DNA of 63,337 nt, the filler included, from Octopus bimaculoides (Eukaryota), in assembly GCF_001194135.2 (NCBI RefSeq). It is 4 parts of 4 records of this genome, joined end to end, with 100 filler letters (N's around TTAATTAATTAA, not from the genome) between each part and the next. Parts side by side here need not be neighbours in the genome. Positions count along the whole stretch, not along the records: positions 27,605 to 58,984 come from NC_068983.1; 3 more parts are not named here. One strand, 5' to 3'. A model generated the notes under the pieces. The model did no database searches, had not been told where the DNA came from, and saw only the letters and a list, made by a program, of their open reading frames with translations. The position numbers and the translations under genes are program-made. Below are positions 38,505 through 52,725 of the stretch, one piece after another (position 1 is the first letter of the stretch; every line of letters begins with the position of its first letter).

Positions 38505-41185
38505 TCTCTTAAGCTTTTGACGAAATAGAAACATATTACTCAAAGCTTTTGACGATATAGAAAGGGATATAGCATCACATGATGTGGAAGACAACTGGAT
38601 GTTTCTATGGGACAACCTGTTGAGGGCTACTGACCAGATGTGTGGATAGTGCAAAGTCCCCACTCGAACCAAGGTAACATGGTGGTGGAACAATGTAGTT
38701 GACAGGGCCATTAGGGAAATGAAACAGGCATGGAAGGACTGGAAGAACAGTGGTAGCAGGGAATTGTATCAGACTGCCAGAAGGGAAACTAGGAGACAGG
38801 ATTATATAGCCAGAGGGGAAGCAGATAAGAAAAAGTTGCCAATGTTCTGCATTGTGAGGACCAAAGACTTGAGGGTTTTATGTGTTGCAAGACAGTGTGT
38901 AAGAGAGAATCGTGATATCATAGGAGAGAAATGTGTCTGCATGAATGATGGCTCACTTGCATTTAATGAGGCTGCAAGGAGAGAAACTTGGAGATGTCAC
39001 TATCAAAGGTTGCTAAATGAAGAGAATGAACAGGAGAAAGATAGTCTGCTGAATGTCGACCCAACCAGCTATCTGAATTGACAGTACCTTGGTAGATAAA
39101 GCAATTAAGAGTATGAAGACAGGGAAAGCCCTGGCCCATCAGGAATCACCGCAGAGATGCTTAAAATATCTGGTGGTGTCTGGTGGTCTAGTCACCCATA
39201 TAGTCAATCAGGTGATACACAAAAGAGTCATACCCAATGACTGGTGTAGCAACTGCTACAAAGGTAAAGGTGATGCTTTAGATACAAATAATTACAGAGG
39301 TATCAAGTTATTGAATCAGATAATGAAAGTCACAGAGAGGGTCATAGCCCAACTAATTAGGGAGAGAGTCAGTCTATATGAGATGCAGTTTGGGTTTGTG
39401 CCAGGGAAAAGCACCACTGATGCTATATTTCTGGTAAGACAGCTGCAGGAGAAATACCTAGTCAAAGATAAACCTCTGTACCTGGCTTTTGTTGACATGG
39501 AGAAAACTTTCGACAGGGTCCCCCAATCCATTATCTGGTGGTCAATGAGGAAACTAGGGATAGATGAATGGTTAGTGAGAGCTGTACAAGCCATGTACAG
39601 GGATGCTGTCAGTAAGGTGAGGGTTGACAATGAGTACAGTGAAGAATTCTAGGTAGGGGTAGGGGTCCACCAAGGATCAGTCCTCAGACCCTCTTATTCA
39701 TCATAGTCCTCCAGGCAATAACAGAGGAATTCAAAACAGGATGCCCCTGGGAGCTTCTCTATGCTGATGACCTTGCTCTAATAGCTGAGTCACTATCAGA
39801 ACTAGACAAGAAGTTTTAAGTGTGGAAGAAAGGTCTAGAATCGAATGGCCTTAGAGTCAATATAACAAAAATCAAAATCTTAATAAGTAGAAAGGTAGAC
39901 AAATCACAAATCCCTTCAGGTAGATGGCCCTGCTCGATCTGTAGAAAACGCATAGGTAGAAGCTCCATAAGATGTACCCAATGTAAGCTATGGACACATA
40001 AGAGGTACAGCAATATCAAAGGAAGGCTAACTGGGAAGATAATTTTTGTGTGTGGCAGATGCTCAGGAGCAATAAACACTGAAAATGTGCAGAAAACAGT
40101 TTCCGTCACATTCCAGGGGAAAAAACTAGAAGTGGTTGATAGCTTCCGTTACCTAGGTGACCAAGTGAGTATCAGGGGTGGATGCTCTGAAAGTGTAGCT
40201 ACTAGAATAAGAATAGCCTGGGCACAGTTCAGAGAGCTCCTACCTCTGCTGGTGACAAAGGGCCTCTTGCTCAGAGTAAAAGGTAGACTGTATGACACAT
40301 GTGTGTAAACAGCCATACTACATGGCAGTGAAACATGGGCTGTGACTGCTGAAGACATGTGTAAGCTTGCAAGGAATGAAGCCAGTATGCTCCGATGGAT
40401 GTGTAATGTCAGTGTGCATACATGACAGAGGGTAAGTGCCCTGAGAGAAAAGTTGGACATAAAACACATCAGTCGTGGTGTGCAAGAGAGACGACTGTGC
40501 TGGTGTGGTCATGTGTTGCATATGAATGAGGACAGATGTGTGAAAAAGTGTTACACCCTAGCAGTTGAGGGAACCTGTGGAAGAGGTAGACCCAGGAAGA
40601 TCTAGGATGAGGTGGTGAAGCATGACCTTCAAACATTTGGCCTCACTGAGGCGATGACAAGTGATCGAGACCATTGGAGATATGTTGTGCTTGAGAAGAC
40701 CTGGCAAGCCAAGTGAGACCATGACTGTGGCCTATGTCAGTGCAGCATAACTAGCCCATTTAAGAGTACCCTTCAATCATTGGGTAATAAACTGCGTTTT
40801 CAAAGGCCTGTTGAGTCAAGTGAAATCGTGGTCAATGACAGTACTACTTGATTGGCACCCATGCCAGTGGAACGCTAAAAGCACCATTTGAACATGATCA
40901 TTGCCAGTGCTGCCTGACTGGCTCCCATGCTGGAAGCACATAAAAGGCACCATTTCAGTGTGGTCGATGCCAGTACTGCCTGACTGGTCCTCGTGCTGGT
41001 GGCATGTAAAAAGCACCCACTACACTCTTGGAGTGGTTGGCGTTAGGAAAGGCATCCAGCTGTAGAAACTTTGCCAGATCGGATTGGAGCCTGGTGCAGA
41101 CTTCTGGCTTGCCAGCTCTCAGTCAAACTGTGCAACCCATTCTAGCATGGAAAGTGGATGCTAAAGGATGACGGTGATGATGATG
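38505..41185 (+). mobile_element. 5'-truncated, frameshifted RTE-clade LINE (gap-free)
   Basis: MQFGFVPGKSTTDAIFLVRQLQEKY, LAFVDMEKTFDRVP, LLYADDL, full 3' UTR and (GAT)n tail. Confidence 0.93.
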
Positions 41186-41692
41186 GATGTACTGATACCT
41201 ATTTTCTAAGCAGCTAAATTGAAGCAGAGTTAAGAACATAGTGATTTGTGACATAGAACAAGGCCAAAAAATTTGGCAGACAGTATAGGAGATTAGATGA
41301 ACCTCTGCAGTCTTGAATAAATTATGTCTGAGAAAAAATATAAAAAGAAAGATGGAATGGTTATAACTGGAACACCTTTGACCATAGGTCTGCCAAATCA
41401 GAGCTGTTCTAGAGCTAAACAAAAACAGTACCTACTTATTTATTAATGGCATCATGCAGAACTTTCTCTAGATATGCAGGATGAAGTAATAAAGTAATAA
41501 CTTTCTATAATCAATTCAGGAATAAGTCAGTAGACATTAATTAAAGTGGCACTGTTATTGATATTTCTGCCCAAACCATCAATATTAAACCAGTATACTA
41601 TCACTTTTTGTTACACAACAGTGACAGTGATGGTGACAGCAAACAGTTAAGTTCAAATATTTGAAATAGATGCTTGAAAATAGTTCACTTAC

Positions 41693-41775
41693 CTTTTTAG
41701 GTGGCATTTCAACTTTCCACCGTAAAACGCGAGCAAAACCATGCTGTGGTCCATACTTCCAAGGTCCAAATTTAG
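41693..41775 (-). CDS. Exon of putative glucose-6-phosphate 1-epimerase / aldose 1-epimerase family gene ([P]KFGPWKYGPQHGFARVLRWKVEMPPKK)
   Basis: Acceptor gatatcttcag|CT and donor AAG|gtaagt; 83 nt. Contains the family motif FGPW..GPQHGFAR, recognised from D-hexose-6-phosphate mutarotases. Confidence 0.92.
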
Positions 41776-41863
41776 CTGAAGATATCAAAATGATATCAAA
41801 ATAATATGTGTAAATGAAATACATAAATGAAAAAAAATTCCATTATATAAAAATGATCATCCT

Positions 41864-42238
41864 TGGTTCCGGGTTCAGTCCCACTGCGTGGCACCTTGGG
41901 CAAGTGTCTTCTACTATAGCCTTGCGCCGACCAAAGCTTTGTGAGTGGATTTGGTAGACGGAAACTGAAAGAAGCCCGTCGTATATATGTATATATATAT
42001 ATGTATATGTGTGTATATGTTTGTGTGTCTGTGTTTGTCCCCCCCAACATCGCTTGACAACCGATGCTGGTGTGTTTACGTCCCCGTAACTTAGCGGTTC
42101 GGCAAAAGAGACCGATAGAATAAGTACTAGGCTTACAAAGAATAAGTCCTGGGGTCGATTTGCTCAACTAAAGGCGGTGCTCCAGCATGGCCAGTCAAAT
42201 GACTGAAACAAGTAAAAGAGTAAAAGAGAGTAAAGAGT
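41864..42238 (+). mobile_element. Young SINE family A copy (5'-truncated, CpGs retained)
   Basis: Close to the apparent consensus and ends in agtaaaag repeats; ~90 bp from the acceptor of the 41775 exon. Confidence 0.88.
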
Positions 42239-45200
42239 ATCCTATTTGGACATGTGACCTAAGGTTTATCAGCCACATGAAATAAAAACAAGATATATTC
42301 TTGTTTTTAAATGATGTATGAGAAAAACAATGGGCTTAGACAAAGTGCCAGTCATATATTTGGTTTCTTAAGATTAAAGAGAAAGAAATCTATGGGTTTC
42401 CTTCTTCCCTGACCTAAAAATGACAAAAACACAATCCCTAGAACTCTTAGAAAATTGGTCTTCAAAACTACTTCTAATCTGAAAAGAGATATTATTCTTA
42501 GAACATTTTTTGAAAAAAAAAGTCTCACAATGAATGACAAAAACATGAAAATAATAACTGTTACAGGGAAATATGAACTTAATAGAAGCTTATATTGTTT
42601 TGAAAGAACATCAATCAGGAACAAGTTAGCAGTCATTTGAGTAAACAATGACCTACATAGAGAAAAAAAGAAAAGAAAAGAAAGTGAGGTAGAACTAAAA
42701 ACAATTATCAGAAGTAGACAGAATATGTCAGTAAAGTGAGTGGTTTTTTAGGTATAACTCAACAAGGAAAATAATAATAGGGATGAAACTAATATAAAAG
42801 ATATCCGAAACCAGATTTAGCATTAAGAAAAGAATAGTAGTGGCACGTGTTCTTAAAAGAATGTTCATTCATATTTAATAACCAATACAATTATATAGCA
42901 TAGCAAAATGAGTTGAAAAATGTGATTAACATTCTGAATGCTAAAAAAAAAAACCCCAGAAAATCTTTGATTTCTAATAACAAAAGGATAATGTTTCGTT
43001 CTGTTTATACTACTTTTTACATTCATTAGTATTAAAAAGTTAATGAAGTTAATGTGAATGAGTCATACATACTGGGAAGAACAGTACTATGAGTTATGAC
43101 AGAAAGATACCCACAGGATGTGAAGCAAAGACTAGCATTTTTGCACTATACAAGTATTTTGTGCATGAGTGTGTGAGTGTGTGATTGTTGTTTCTAATAA
43201 ACAAGAGAAAAGAACTCAATACAGAGTGCAAAGTACGGCAATATTTGGTTCAGCTATATACTGATTCTTAATTTTGTGTTCATTGGCTCATTCAGAGAGC
43301 AGCTTGAGGTCATTGTGCTGTCTAAACCACCACTACAACTGCCACTTCTGACATTGTCATCATCATCATCATCATCATTATCAAATAACAATCACATATA
43401 TATCAAGCAGTTCCAAAGGATGCTAATAGGCAACAACTACCCATTATCCTTTGCCAGAGACCAGATTCATAATATAACTCCACAGTATGTTAACAATTCC
43501 AACAACAACACTTACTTTTTAAAACTGTTGCAATCTGATAAACAATCTCTATGAGGGGATTGAAAATATAGCTGATCCACATTGAACTTTCACTGAGAAA
43601 ATGTCTGGCAACAATGTTTGCACATTAGCCAACTGCTTCATCAATGATTTGAACATAAGTTTATGGGCCTATGTATTGCTTCATACAATTACTAACAAAT
43701 ATGATAAGATTTTTACATTGATAGTATAATTCTGAAACTGCACATTTGCATTATGCTAAAGTTTCCTCTGACATGAAATATCTGTAGAGATGGCATAATA
43801 AGAAAATCATAGTCACAATGAAAGACATAAAATGACATATCAGAAATATAAGGATCAAAGAAACTGTTCTGACTAAAAACCTAAATCCATTCATTCACAA
43901 CAGACATAAACTGAGCCAAACTGATTGGTTGATTTGACATTATCAGTCTGTGCATGCTGCATATCTTCTGCCTCAATGTTAGCATCTGAAAAATAATTGC
44001 TTAGTTATTTTGATCTGTGCAAATGGAGTCTTTAAGCTTGAAATATTGAAAAACTGTACAAATGTAATTAGATTTTTATGTTTGATTGTTAAGGAGAGAT
44101 GTTTTGGAGAAAGTTTAACTGATTTAATTTGGTGTTTTCTTTATTATTTAGATTTATTCTTGTTTGTAGTACTTTATAAATAAAGTTAGAATTTATTCAT
44201 ATATAAAGAACTTTGTTTACAAAGTTTTACATATATGAATAAATTCTAAATAATAGGTGTAGAAGTGGCTGTGTGGTAATTAGCTTGCTTACCAACCACA
44301 TGGTTCCAGGTTCNNNNNNNNNNNNNNNNNNNNNNNNNNNNNNNNNNNNNNNNNNNNNNNNNNNNNNNNNNNNNNNNNNNNNNNNNNNNNNNNNNNNNNN
44401 NNNNNNNNNNNNNATAATATTAATAAATTTCAGGTTAGTAAAAATGGATTTAGAAATTTTTTTACTAGCAGTGGCCTAGCATGTAGAAAAAAACTAGTCA
44501 ATAGGCTATATATTATTGATATAAATACAGTGCACATTTAAACACATAAGTGATGGCCATAATAGGACATCTAACCTGCTAGAAGGAGTAGTTAAAATCT
44601 GCCATATTATGGCCATCTCTTATGTGTTTAAATGTACACTATATTTATATATATTTTGTGTGTGTGTGTGAGAGAGAGAGACAAATGAGAGCAGAATGTT
44701 CAATATATATTTGAATGCAAGTCTTGTTTCATATTTAAACTGAAATTTTGTTTCACGAGTTCAGTTTCATCTGTACATTGTGTGAAATTTAGTTTTATTT
44801 TCAATAAAAGCTGCAGAGACACACATGCATTACAAGCTCTTATGATGCTCACCTTTTGTCAACATATCCATAGAAATTATGCCTCAAAATGGTATGTATG
44901 AGTGAGACATATTCTGCAACCCCTACAGTAGGCTACCCCTCTTGGAGAATAGTAAATCTGAATAGGAAATGATACAGGATAGAGTATCCAAGAAGAACTA
45001 ATCTCTTCTATGCAAGAAGGATTTAGTCCTTTCCACACAGAGGAGTATCACTAATGCTGGTATCATGATAAATTATACTCAGGCTACACTGTAAGAGAAA
45101 TAACAAAGTTGGCTGGGATTCTTCTATTGTGACTGCTATGAATGATGAAGCTTATCCTGTCGATGCTCACATGGAAAAATGTATGTATGACAATGAGAAT

Positions 45201-45752
45201 AGTGATGATGATGATGCTGAAATGGTTCTCTCAGGTATTAGGATGTTCAGCATCAGAGATGAAATAGTGCAAGCACATACTCAGAGAGACTGTATAATAG
45301 CCCATTCAAGCCATGATAGTGTGGAACAATAAATGCAATACAGGAATAAGTTATGTGGTAATGATGATAATAAGATATAATCATACTTTGTAGTACCTAC
45401 AAATGAAAATGAAAAGCTATATTGCTAAATTATTGGTGAACTTTTATTTAGTGGAAGAAATCTTTTTTCCTGCAAGTTCAGTGCCATGAGAGAAGAGAAA
45501 AAATCTGTTTCTGCAATCTGTTACGTCTGATGATATAAAAAGACCTAGCTTTGTATTTATATTTTTGTGGGAGTTAGACTCTGGTTAGTTCTGGTCAAAG
45601 GCTGTGATATGGAAATCATTGATTGAATGTTTAGAAATGACTCATGTAACATATCATATAAAGTAGGTTTTATTGTTCTTTTAACAACACATATCCTCTG
45701 TCTGTCTCCTCTCTCTTTCTCTGTCAATCTATCGACCTACCTACACACACAT

Positions 45753-45795
<43 letters not shown>

Positions 45796-45857
45796 TACAC
45801 ACACAAATACACACACACAAACACACACACACACACACAAATACACACACACACAGT

Positions 45858-46295
45858 GTGACTGTGTGGTAAGAAGCTTGCTTCCCAACCACATGGTTCC
45901 AGGTTCAGTCCCACTGCATGGCACCTTGGGACTATAGCCTTGGGCCAACTGAAGCTTTGCAAGTGCATTTGATAGTTGGAAACTGAAAGAAACCCATTGT
46001 AAATATATATATATATATGTATATATATATAAAGAGAGAGAGAGAGAGGTAGATATTTAAATATATATTTATATATTTTCGTGTGTATGTCTGTGTTTGT
46101 ACCTCACCACCACATGACAACTGGTGCTGGTGTGTTTATGTCCCCAAAACTTAGCAGTTTGGCAGGAGTGGCTGATAGAATAAGTACCAAACTTAAAACA
46201 AATAAGTACTGGGGTCAATTCATTCAACTAAATATTCTTCAAGGCAGTGCCCCAGCATGGTTGCAGTCTAATGACTGAAACGAATAAAAGATAGA
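45858..46295 (+). mobile_element. SINE family A copy (diverged)
   Basis: Head gtggtaagaagcttgcttcccaaccacatgg and a related tail; preceded by (CA)n. Confidence 0.75.
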
Positions 46296-47354
46296 AGATA
46301 TATAATATAATATATTATAATATAATATAATATAATATAACACAATATAATATAACACAATACATATGTACCTATGTGTGCATGTGTGTATGTGTACATA
46401 TGCATCCATGCATGCATATCTATCTATCTGTCTATCTATCTATTGATCGATCAATTGATAAAGGAAGTCCAAGTGAGACCCATTGAAATTTGAACTTATA
46501 ATCACTGAATCTTGGATTCTATAATAGTTTATTTTTTTCTGTAGTTCTTCATTTTATTTCCTGATAAACTACTGAGTTGTCACTATGTCTAAAGAAATAC
46601 TGTTGTACTGTCCTGGAATAACATTTTATTCATTATTATTTTGTTTTGCAATAATTTAAATATCATGCAATGTTATGTAAATGTAATCAAACATTTCTTT
46701 TAAAATTACAGGCTTTTAACCTTTCTTTGTGAGTGGTATACATTTTAGTCTAGATTTGATAGGAAGTACAAAGTTCTACAACATTAGAATTCATTAATTA
46801 TATACCAGATACCTTTAATTAAATACTATTACCAGCGTTATTGAAGCTTCTACAACTAGCTAACCAATTAACTTACGTTTCACAAGAACTATGTAGTTCA
46901 TGATAAAACAGCCTGACAATAAAACAACTAACAATTACGTTTCAGGTTTCCAATAAAACCCAAAATATAAATTACAAATAATAGAGTGTTCCAATTATAG
47001 GGATTAATAGACAGAAATCTGTGTCTCAACATTAGTAACATCAATGAAATTACTTATACCTAATTCAAGAAATTTAATACAAAACACCATGCACAAAATT
47101 GCTCGAGCATAAACAAAAGGTGAAAAGGTAAAATATATTACTGATTTTTAGGTACAAAAAGTAGAAGCCGCATTCTATTTGGGATATTTAAGATGATATT
47201 GTACTAAATAAGGTAAATCAAAAGTGAGCTGAAGAAGTTGATTAAAGTCATTTAAAAACATGTGCACATGTGTGTATGTGCATAAAAAAAAAAACTAGAA
47301 ATAAAATGTCTTAAGTTAAATAGTCTTTTGATAAATAAAAAAAAGTAAATATAA

Positions 47355-47842
47355 ATGACCGAGATCTTTGGAAATATGCTGTGCTTGAGAAAACCTGGCA
47401 AGCCAAATGAGATGTAAATGTGGCTGATGCCAGTGTTGTATAACTGGCCCATTTAAAAGTACCCTTCAATTGTTGGGCAATATACTGTGCTTGAGAAGAC
47501 CAAGTGAGTCAAGTGAAATCATTGTTATGGCTGATGCCAATGCCACCTAACTGGCACATAAAAAGTACCATTCAAGCATGGCCAATGTCAGTGCCAGTGA
47601 CATGTAAAAAGCACTATTTGAGCATGTTTGATGCCAGTGCCACCTGACAGGCCCCCATGCCAGTGACACATAAAAAGCACCTACTACACTCTCGGAGTGG
47701 TTGGCATTAGAAAGGGCATCCAGCAGTAGATACCTTGCCAGATCATGCTGGAGCCTGGTGTAGCCTCCTAGCTTGCCAGTCCTCAGTCAATCTGTCCAAC
47801 CCATGCCAGCATGGAAAGTGGATATTAAATGATGATGATGAT
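47355..47842 (+). mobile_element. RTE LINE 3' fragment
   Basis: ctttggaaatatgctgtgcttgagaaaacc through the 3' UTR and gatgatgat tail. Confidence 0.85.
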
Positions 47843-48439
47843 ATACATATGTATCAACTGCATTCAGCCCTTCATACAACAATCGACATTTTAGTGTTTC
47901 AGTAATTTGAAGGTAATTTTTGAAGATATAAAATGAAACTATAAAGTATGTTTCATTTAGCCCATGTGCTTGAACTCAGACAAGCTGAGCAACTGATCAT
48001 GCCATGTGCTTTTCCTAGAGATACAAAGGAAGCACAGCGTAGAACAGATTCAACTCACTTTCAGGTGCCTCAAATCATGCAACATGTTAAAGAAAGATAA
48101 ATATTTTGTACAAATCCAAAAGAATATAACAGTGAATTGGGAAATCAATAAATGCAGTAACCTTCTCACCAGAATGAACTGGGCTTATGCCATCTTCTGT
48201 CAAACATTCTCAACTCAGTCATCTCTCTTCCTTTCATTACTTTTGGTGTTTTCACCCCACCATCCCCACACTAATTACTATGAGCAGTCCTTCCTTCCTT
48301 GAATATCAGCCCTTTGAAATTTTCTCTTTGGCCCTATCTTTTGGGCAGGTGTTGACTTGCAAATGCTCAAAAGGAGCATAACAACTTCAATATCCCCAGT
48401 CTTGGAAAACTTACAAAACCATGAGCATTGAACCCTTTT

Positions 48440-48640
48440 TAACAAAAATCTGAAAATAATCCACATTCACTACGACAATGCATAACCACACACATCTTTA
48501 GCAACAAATCAGGCAATCAGTAAATTGCCTGGTTACTGAACACCCATCCACCATACAGCCCAGATCTAATGCTTTCTGACTTCTACTGTTCAATTCATTT
48601 GAGGCCAGTCTTCAGGGACAATTTGATGACAACAATGAGA
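48440..48640 (+). mobile_element. mariner transposase relic
   Basis: HYDNA*PHTSLATNQAI and HPPYSPDLMLSDFY correspond to the mariner motifs HDNARPH and HPPYSPDLAPSDF. Confidence 0.75.
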
Positions 48641-49031
48641 GGAATTACTTTATAAGATTAAGTTTGGCTTTATGTTAAAACACTCTTGTTATTGAATCTA
48701 ATGAAGTTGAGATTGCATATTGAATGCATAGGGACCTTGACAGGGATAGATACTTTGGCTTGGTTATTAGCTGGCTAATGTAAAATTTTATACTGGGAGG
48801 TGAAGAGACAAGAGAATGAAATAATGTAGTTTTTATGTTTTTCCTTTTCTGTTTTGCTTTTTCTTTTTTTTTTTTTTTTACTTGTGATAGAGTTGACACT
48901 GAGACGTAATATTTACAGGGGAAAAGTTACTCTATTAAGAGGTGCAATTTGAATAACCTATGTCAATAATAAAAAATGTTGAGATGTACCTCCTTACAAC
49001 AATATAAACTTCATTTAATCAAGATACCCCT

Positions 49032-49109
49032 GGCCTGAAGAGTAGCCTGAAGAGTCGCTTGGATATTTACCACTTCCAAGGTTCCACTTGCTATGAAACA
49101 TATGTAGCC
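49032..49109 (+). ncRNA. Long-loop hammerhead motif family 2, best copy
   Basis: GGC-CTGAAGA-GTAGC..~44 nt..GCTAT-GAAAC-ATAT-GTA/GCC; all three stems pair; ACATATGT palindrome; predicted cleavage after 49106. Confidence 0.7.
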
Positions 49110-49144
49110 CAGATGTTATCTACTCTATTCCTTAACTCTTGTAT

Positions 49145-49830
49145 CATTGTCATCATCATCATCATCGTTTAACGTCTGCCTTCCATGCTGGCATGGGTTG
49201 GACGGTTTGACTGAGGTCTGACAAGCCAGTGGACTGCACCAGGTTTGAATCTGATCTGGCAATGTTTCTACAGCTGGATGCCCTTCCCAACGCCAACCAC
49301 TCCGAGAGTGTAGTGGGTGCTTTTTACGTGCCACCAGCACGGAAGCCAGTCAGGGGTCACTGTCATCAACCATGTTTGGATGGTGTTATCTATGTGCCAC
49401 CAGCACAGGAGCCAGTCAGGGGGACTAGCCATGGCTACGATTTCTATTTTGATTTTACTGGAGTCAACATGTCTTCTCAAGCATATAATATTGCCCGACG
49501 CTTCAAGGGTACTTTTAAATGGGCTGGTCATGCAACACTAGCATCAGCCATGGCTGTGATCTTACTTTACTTGCTGGGTCTTCTCAATCACAGCATATCT
49601 TCAAAGGTCTTGGTCTCTTGTCATCGTCTCTGTTTGAAGGTCATACTTGACCACCTCATCTCATGTCTTCCTGGGTCTACCTCTTCCACAGGTTCCTTCC
49701 ACTGTTAAGGTGTGACACTTCCTCACACAGCTGTCCTCATCCATATGTAACACATGACCATACCAGCACAGTCGTCTCTCTTGCACACCACATTTGATGC
49801 TTGGGAAGTTCCCTGCTTCCCATAGATATA
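49145..49830 (-). mobile_element. RTE LINE 3' fragment, reverse orientation
   Basis: Reverse complement of the RTE tail, 3' UTR and final coding segment. Confidence 0.85.
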
Positions 49831-50700
49831 ACAGAACGTTTCCTGTAAGACAGAATCTCGTATTCTACCCTCCCCAATATGGGTACCATCATAGCAAGGT
49901 CAAATAGAAAGAATATAAAATTGGGAAGAGGGGTTAATAATATTACTGTCAACACTAGCTTAATCCCCTACAACGAGAATAATATTTATGGTACTGTAGG
50001 AATTAGAAACAACAGTACTAACACATCTAATATGTACAATATAAACTGTAACTCCGAGGTTTATACTAGCACAGAGATTGCTGTCACAGTGCCTGTTGAT
50101 GTTGAGATGAATTTGAATGATACTGCAGTTGAAGGAAGTACAAATAATAACAGAAATAAAAATAACACAAATGATAGTGGTACTAGGAATGATAGTAATA
50201 GTGATGATGATGACGACGACGACGATGATAATAATAATAATAATAAAAATAATAATAATATAATAATAATTAATTTTTAATAGTAGTAATACTCCTGGTT
50301 GAAATTGTACAGTTAAGTCCCACTATCTGTTATTAGGCCGATATCAAATACAAAACGTAGTTTATAAATGTATAATCATAAATGAGGATGTTCAATAAAT
50401 ATGAAAAAAACATATCAATAACCATTTTTCATCTTTTAGACTCAAACATAAAGCCAATTGTACGTCCTTATCTAGCAAGATTTGGGAACTGAAGGAAAGC
50501 GGGATCGAATTTAGCCTTAAATGGGATATAATACGGAAAGCACAACCTTATAGAGATATTAAGTACGGGTGTGAGCTGTGCTCTATGGAACCATGAGATT
50601 TTTAAGTATAGGGACAAGAACAAACTGATTAATAATAGATTAGACCTAAGACTATCATGCATGCATAGCATCATCCATACATTTAAGTATTTTCGAAATT
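49830..50700 (+). mobile_element. Penelope-like element linker and GIY-YIG endonuclease remnant
   Basis: RISYSTLPNMGTIIARSNRK and NNHFSSFRLKHKANCTSLSSKIWELKESGIEFSLKWDIIRKAQPY..CELCSME match the PLE C-terminal domain. Confidence 0.8.
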
Positions 50701-52682
50701 AGCGATTATAGGTGCCATACTTGAACTTTGATGGTGGAAATTAATTTTGGTGTTGTATCCGTTGTAAACTTACCCTCTAGTATTATATATAATAAAATCA
50801 TGGGATATTGAGTTATATGGCGAATTAAATTGCATTGTATATGTTATAAGCTATATGTTATGGTATGTGGTGTGCTATATGTAATTACTGTCCCATAAAA
50901 ACTCCTGCCTAGTTAGTCTGACTTCATGTTTTTGGTGATTAAACTATTTGTTCCTTTCTATGATGTTCTACCCTACTGATCATATTATGTATATTTGTAA
51001 TGGCTTTTATGTAAGTAAGTCCCCTAATTATATGCCCACTAGAAACTATAAAATCACATATAAAATAGCACATGTAACATTGCAACTCATAAAATCTCTT
51101 CAGTCTGAATAGCTCTAACTGCCCTCACTATGCTCATATCTACTACGTCCTCTTTTTGAGTTACCTTTATCTCCCTGCTACCTCAAATTTTAATACCCTG
51201 TCTCTTTAAATGTAAGTTATATATATTTCTTATAATTTTCTACAAATTCTTATTATTTTGCTTTCTAACTTTGATATCCTTACCTATTAACCTCTTATCC
51301 CTTATAAGTTGTAAATGTTCTTAAATAGATACTTTTTAGTTACTTAAGTCTATGCAAGATGGTTATACTATATCCTTATAAACGTATAGATATTTTATTA
51401 CTTGTTCACTTTACTAACAGAACATTTATACAATGATTAAGTCAATGCTGCTTTTTTCGTTCAAAATTATTTTTCCCTTTGTTATAAACATATTAAATGT
51501 TTATTAAATTAGTATAATAAAATTAAAAAAAAGTAAAATACCCCAAACAACTAAATTTATTAAGTTTCAGTTTACTGTAATATGAATAGAGACACCATTT
51601 ATCATTATATTCTCTGATCATTAGATATGGCAGTTAACTTCCTGATCAAATAAGTAGGATATTAAATCTTGAAGATGCAATGTTGTAAAAGTGAATGCAT
51701 TTAGGTCCTTATTATAAGATATTTATCCGAATTATAAATATTTATTTCAATAAAAGACTTGACATTTCACTTAAAAAAACAAAAAAAATAGCAACCACAT
51801 AAAGCCTAACATTTAATTCTAAATCTGAACACTAAAATGTTTCTTTTATGCACAATAGTAAGATAACATTTACATAATTTTGTGTAAAGAACATTAAGAT
51901 ATTCAATTTCTCTCACCATAATTTGCATGACATTTTCTAACTAGATTCAGTATAGTAGTTTATAAATGATTGAATAGCTGGAAGTATATTTGAGGAAATC
52001 AGCATTTATTTCCAAGATCAGATTTAGTTAAAATACAAGTATAACCAGTAAAGATAATGTTGAGTCTAACTCTTGAGAGTTTAATGGTTAATACTCCATC
52101 ACCATATTGAGTCATGATCATAGCCAAGAACTTAACTTGCCCTGATCCAGTCCATCAAGCTGTAAATGGGAGCTAGGAGCAGGAGCTGAGTAAAAGTGAA
52201 AGCATTCAACCAATTTTTACATAAAAAATGTTATTTGATATTTTTTATAAAACAAATGTGGTTGATTGATGCTAGTCTTCAAATTGTGAATAATACTCTA
52301 AAGTAGTATGTATGTTTGTTTTGGATAGAATCATTAACAAATCAGTGCTGAAGTAATTTTTAGCTACATAAAGGAAACCCACATTTCATGAGGTAGTTTT
52401 TCAAAGGATGCTTAGTTCCTATTGAGAATTATCAGAGATTGTAAGGCCAATCACGTGTAGAGAACATGATCATTTTTTGATGAATGATGTTTGTGATATG
52501 GATACAATGACATTTGTGCTTATGAGGTGTATAGTTTCTCCATATTGATGATGTTGAAAAAAACTCTAAAAATGTTATTAAGATTATTTTCTAAGCATAA
52601 TTGTTCACTTATTCCTTTTATTTCAAATTTCTCTATTTCTTCAATTGAACTAATCAGATTTTTCAAGGATCATATCAACTAC

Positions 52683-52725
<43 letters not shown>

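Noticed and set aside
46877-46912. Minus-strand 36-nt exon-like segment with good splice sites
   Set aside because: The phase could fit, but the peptide does not resemble the expected AIRGGIP region of the enzyme.
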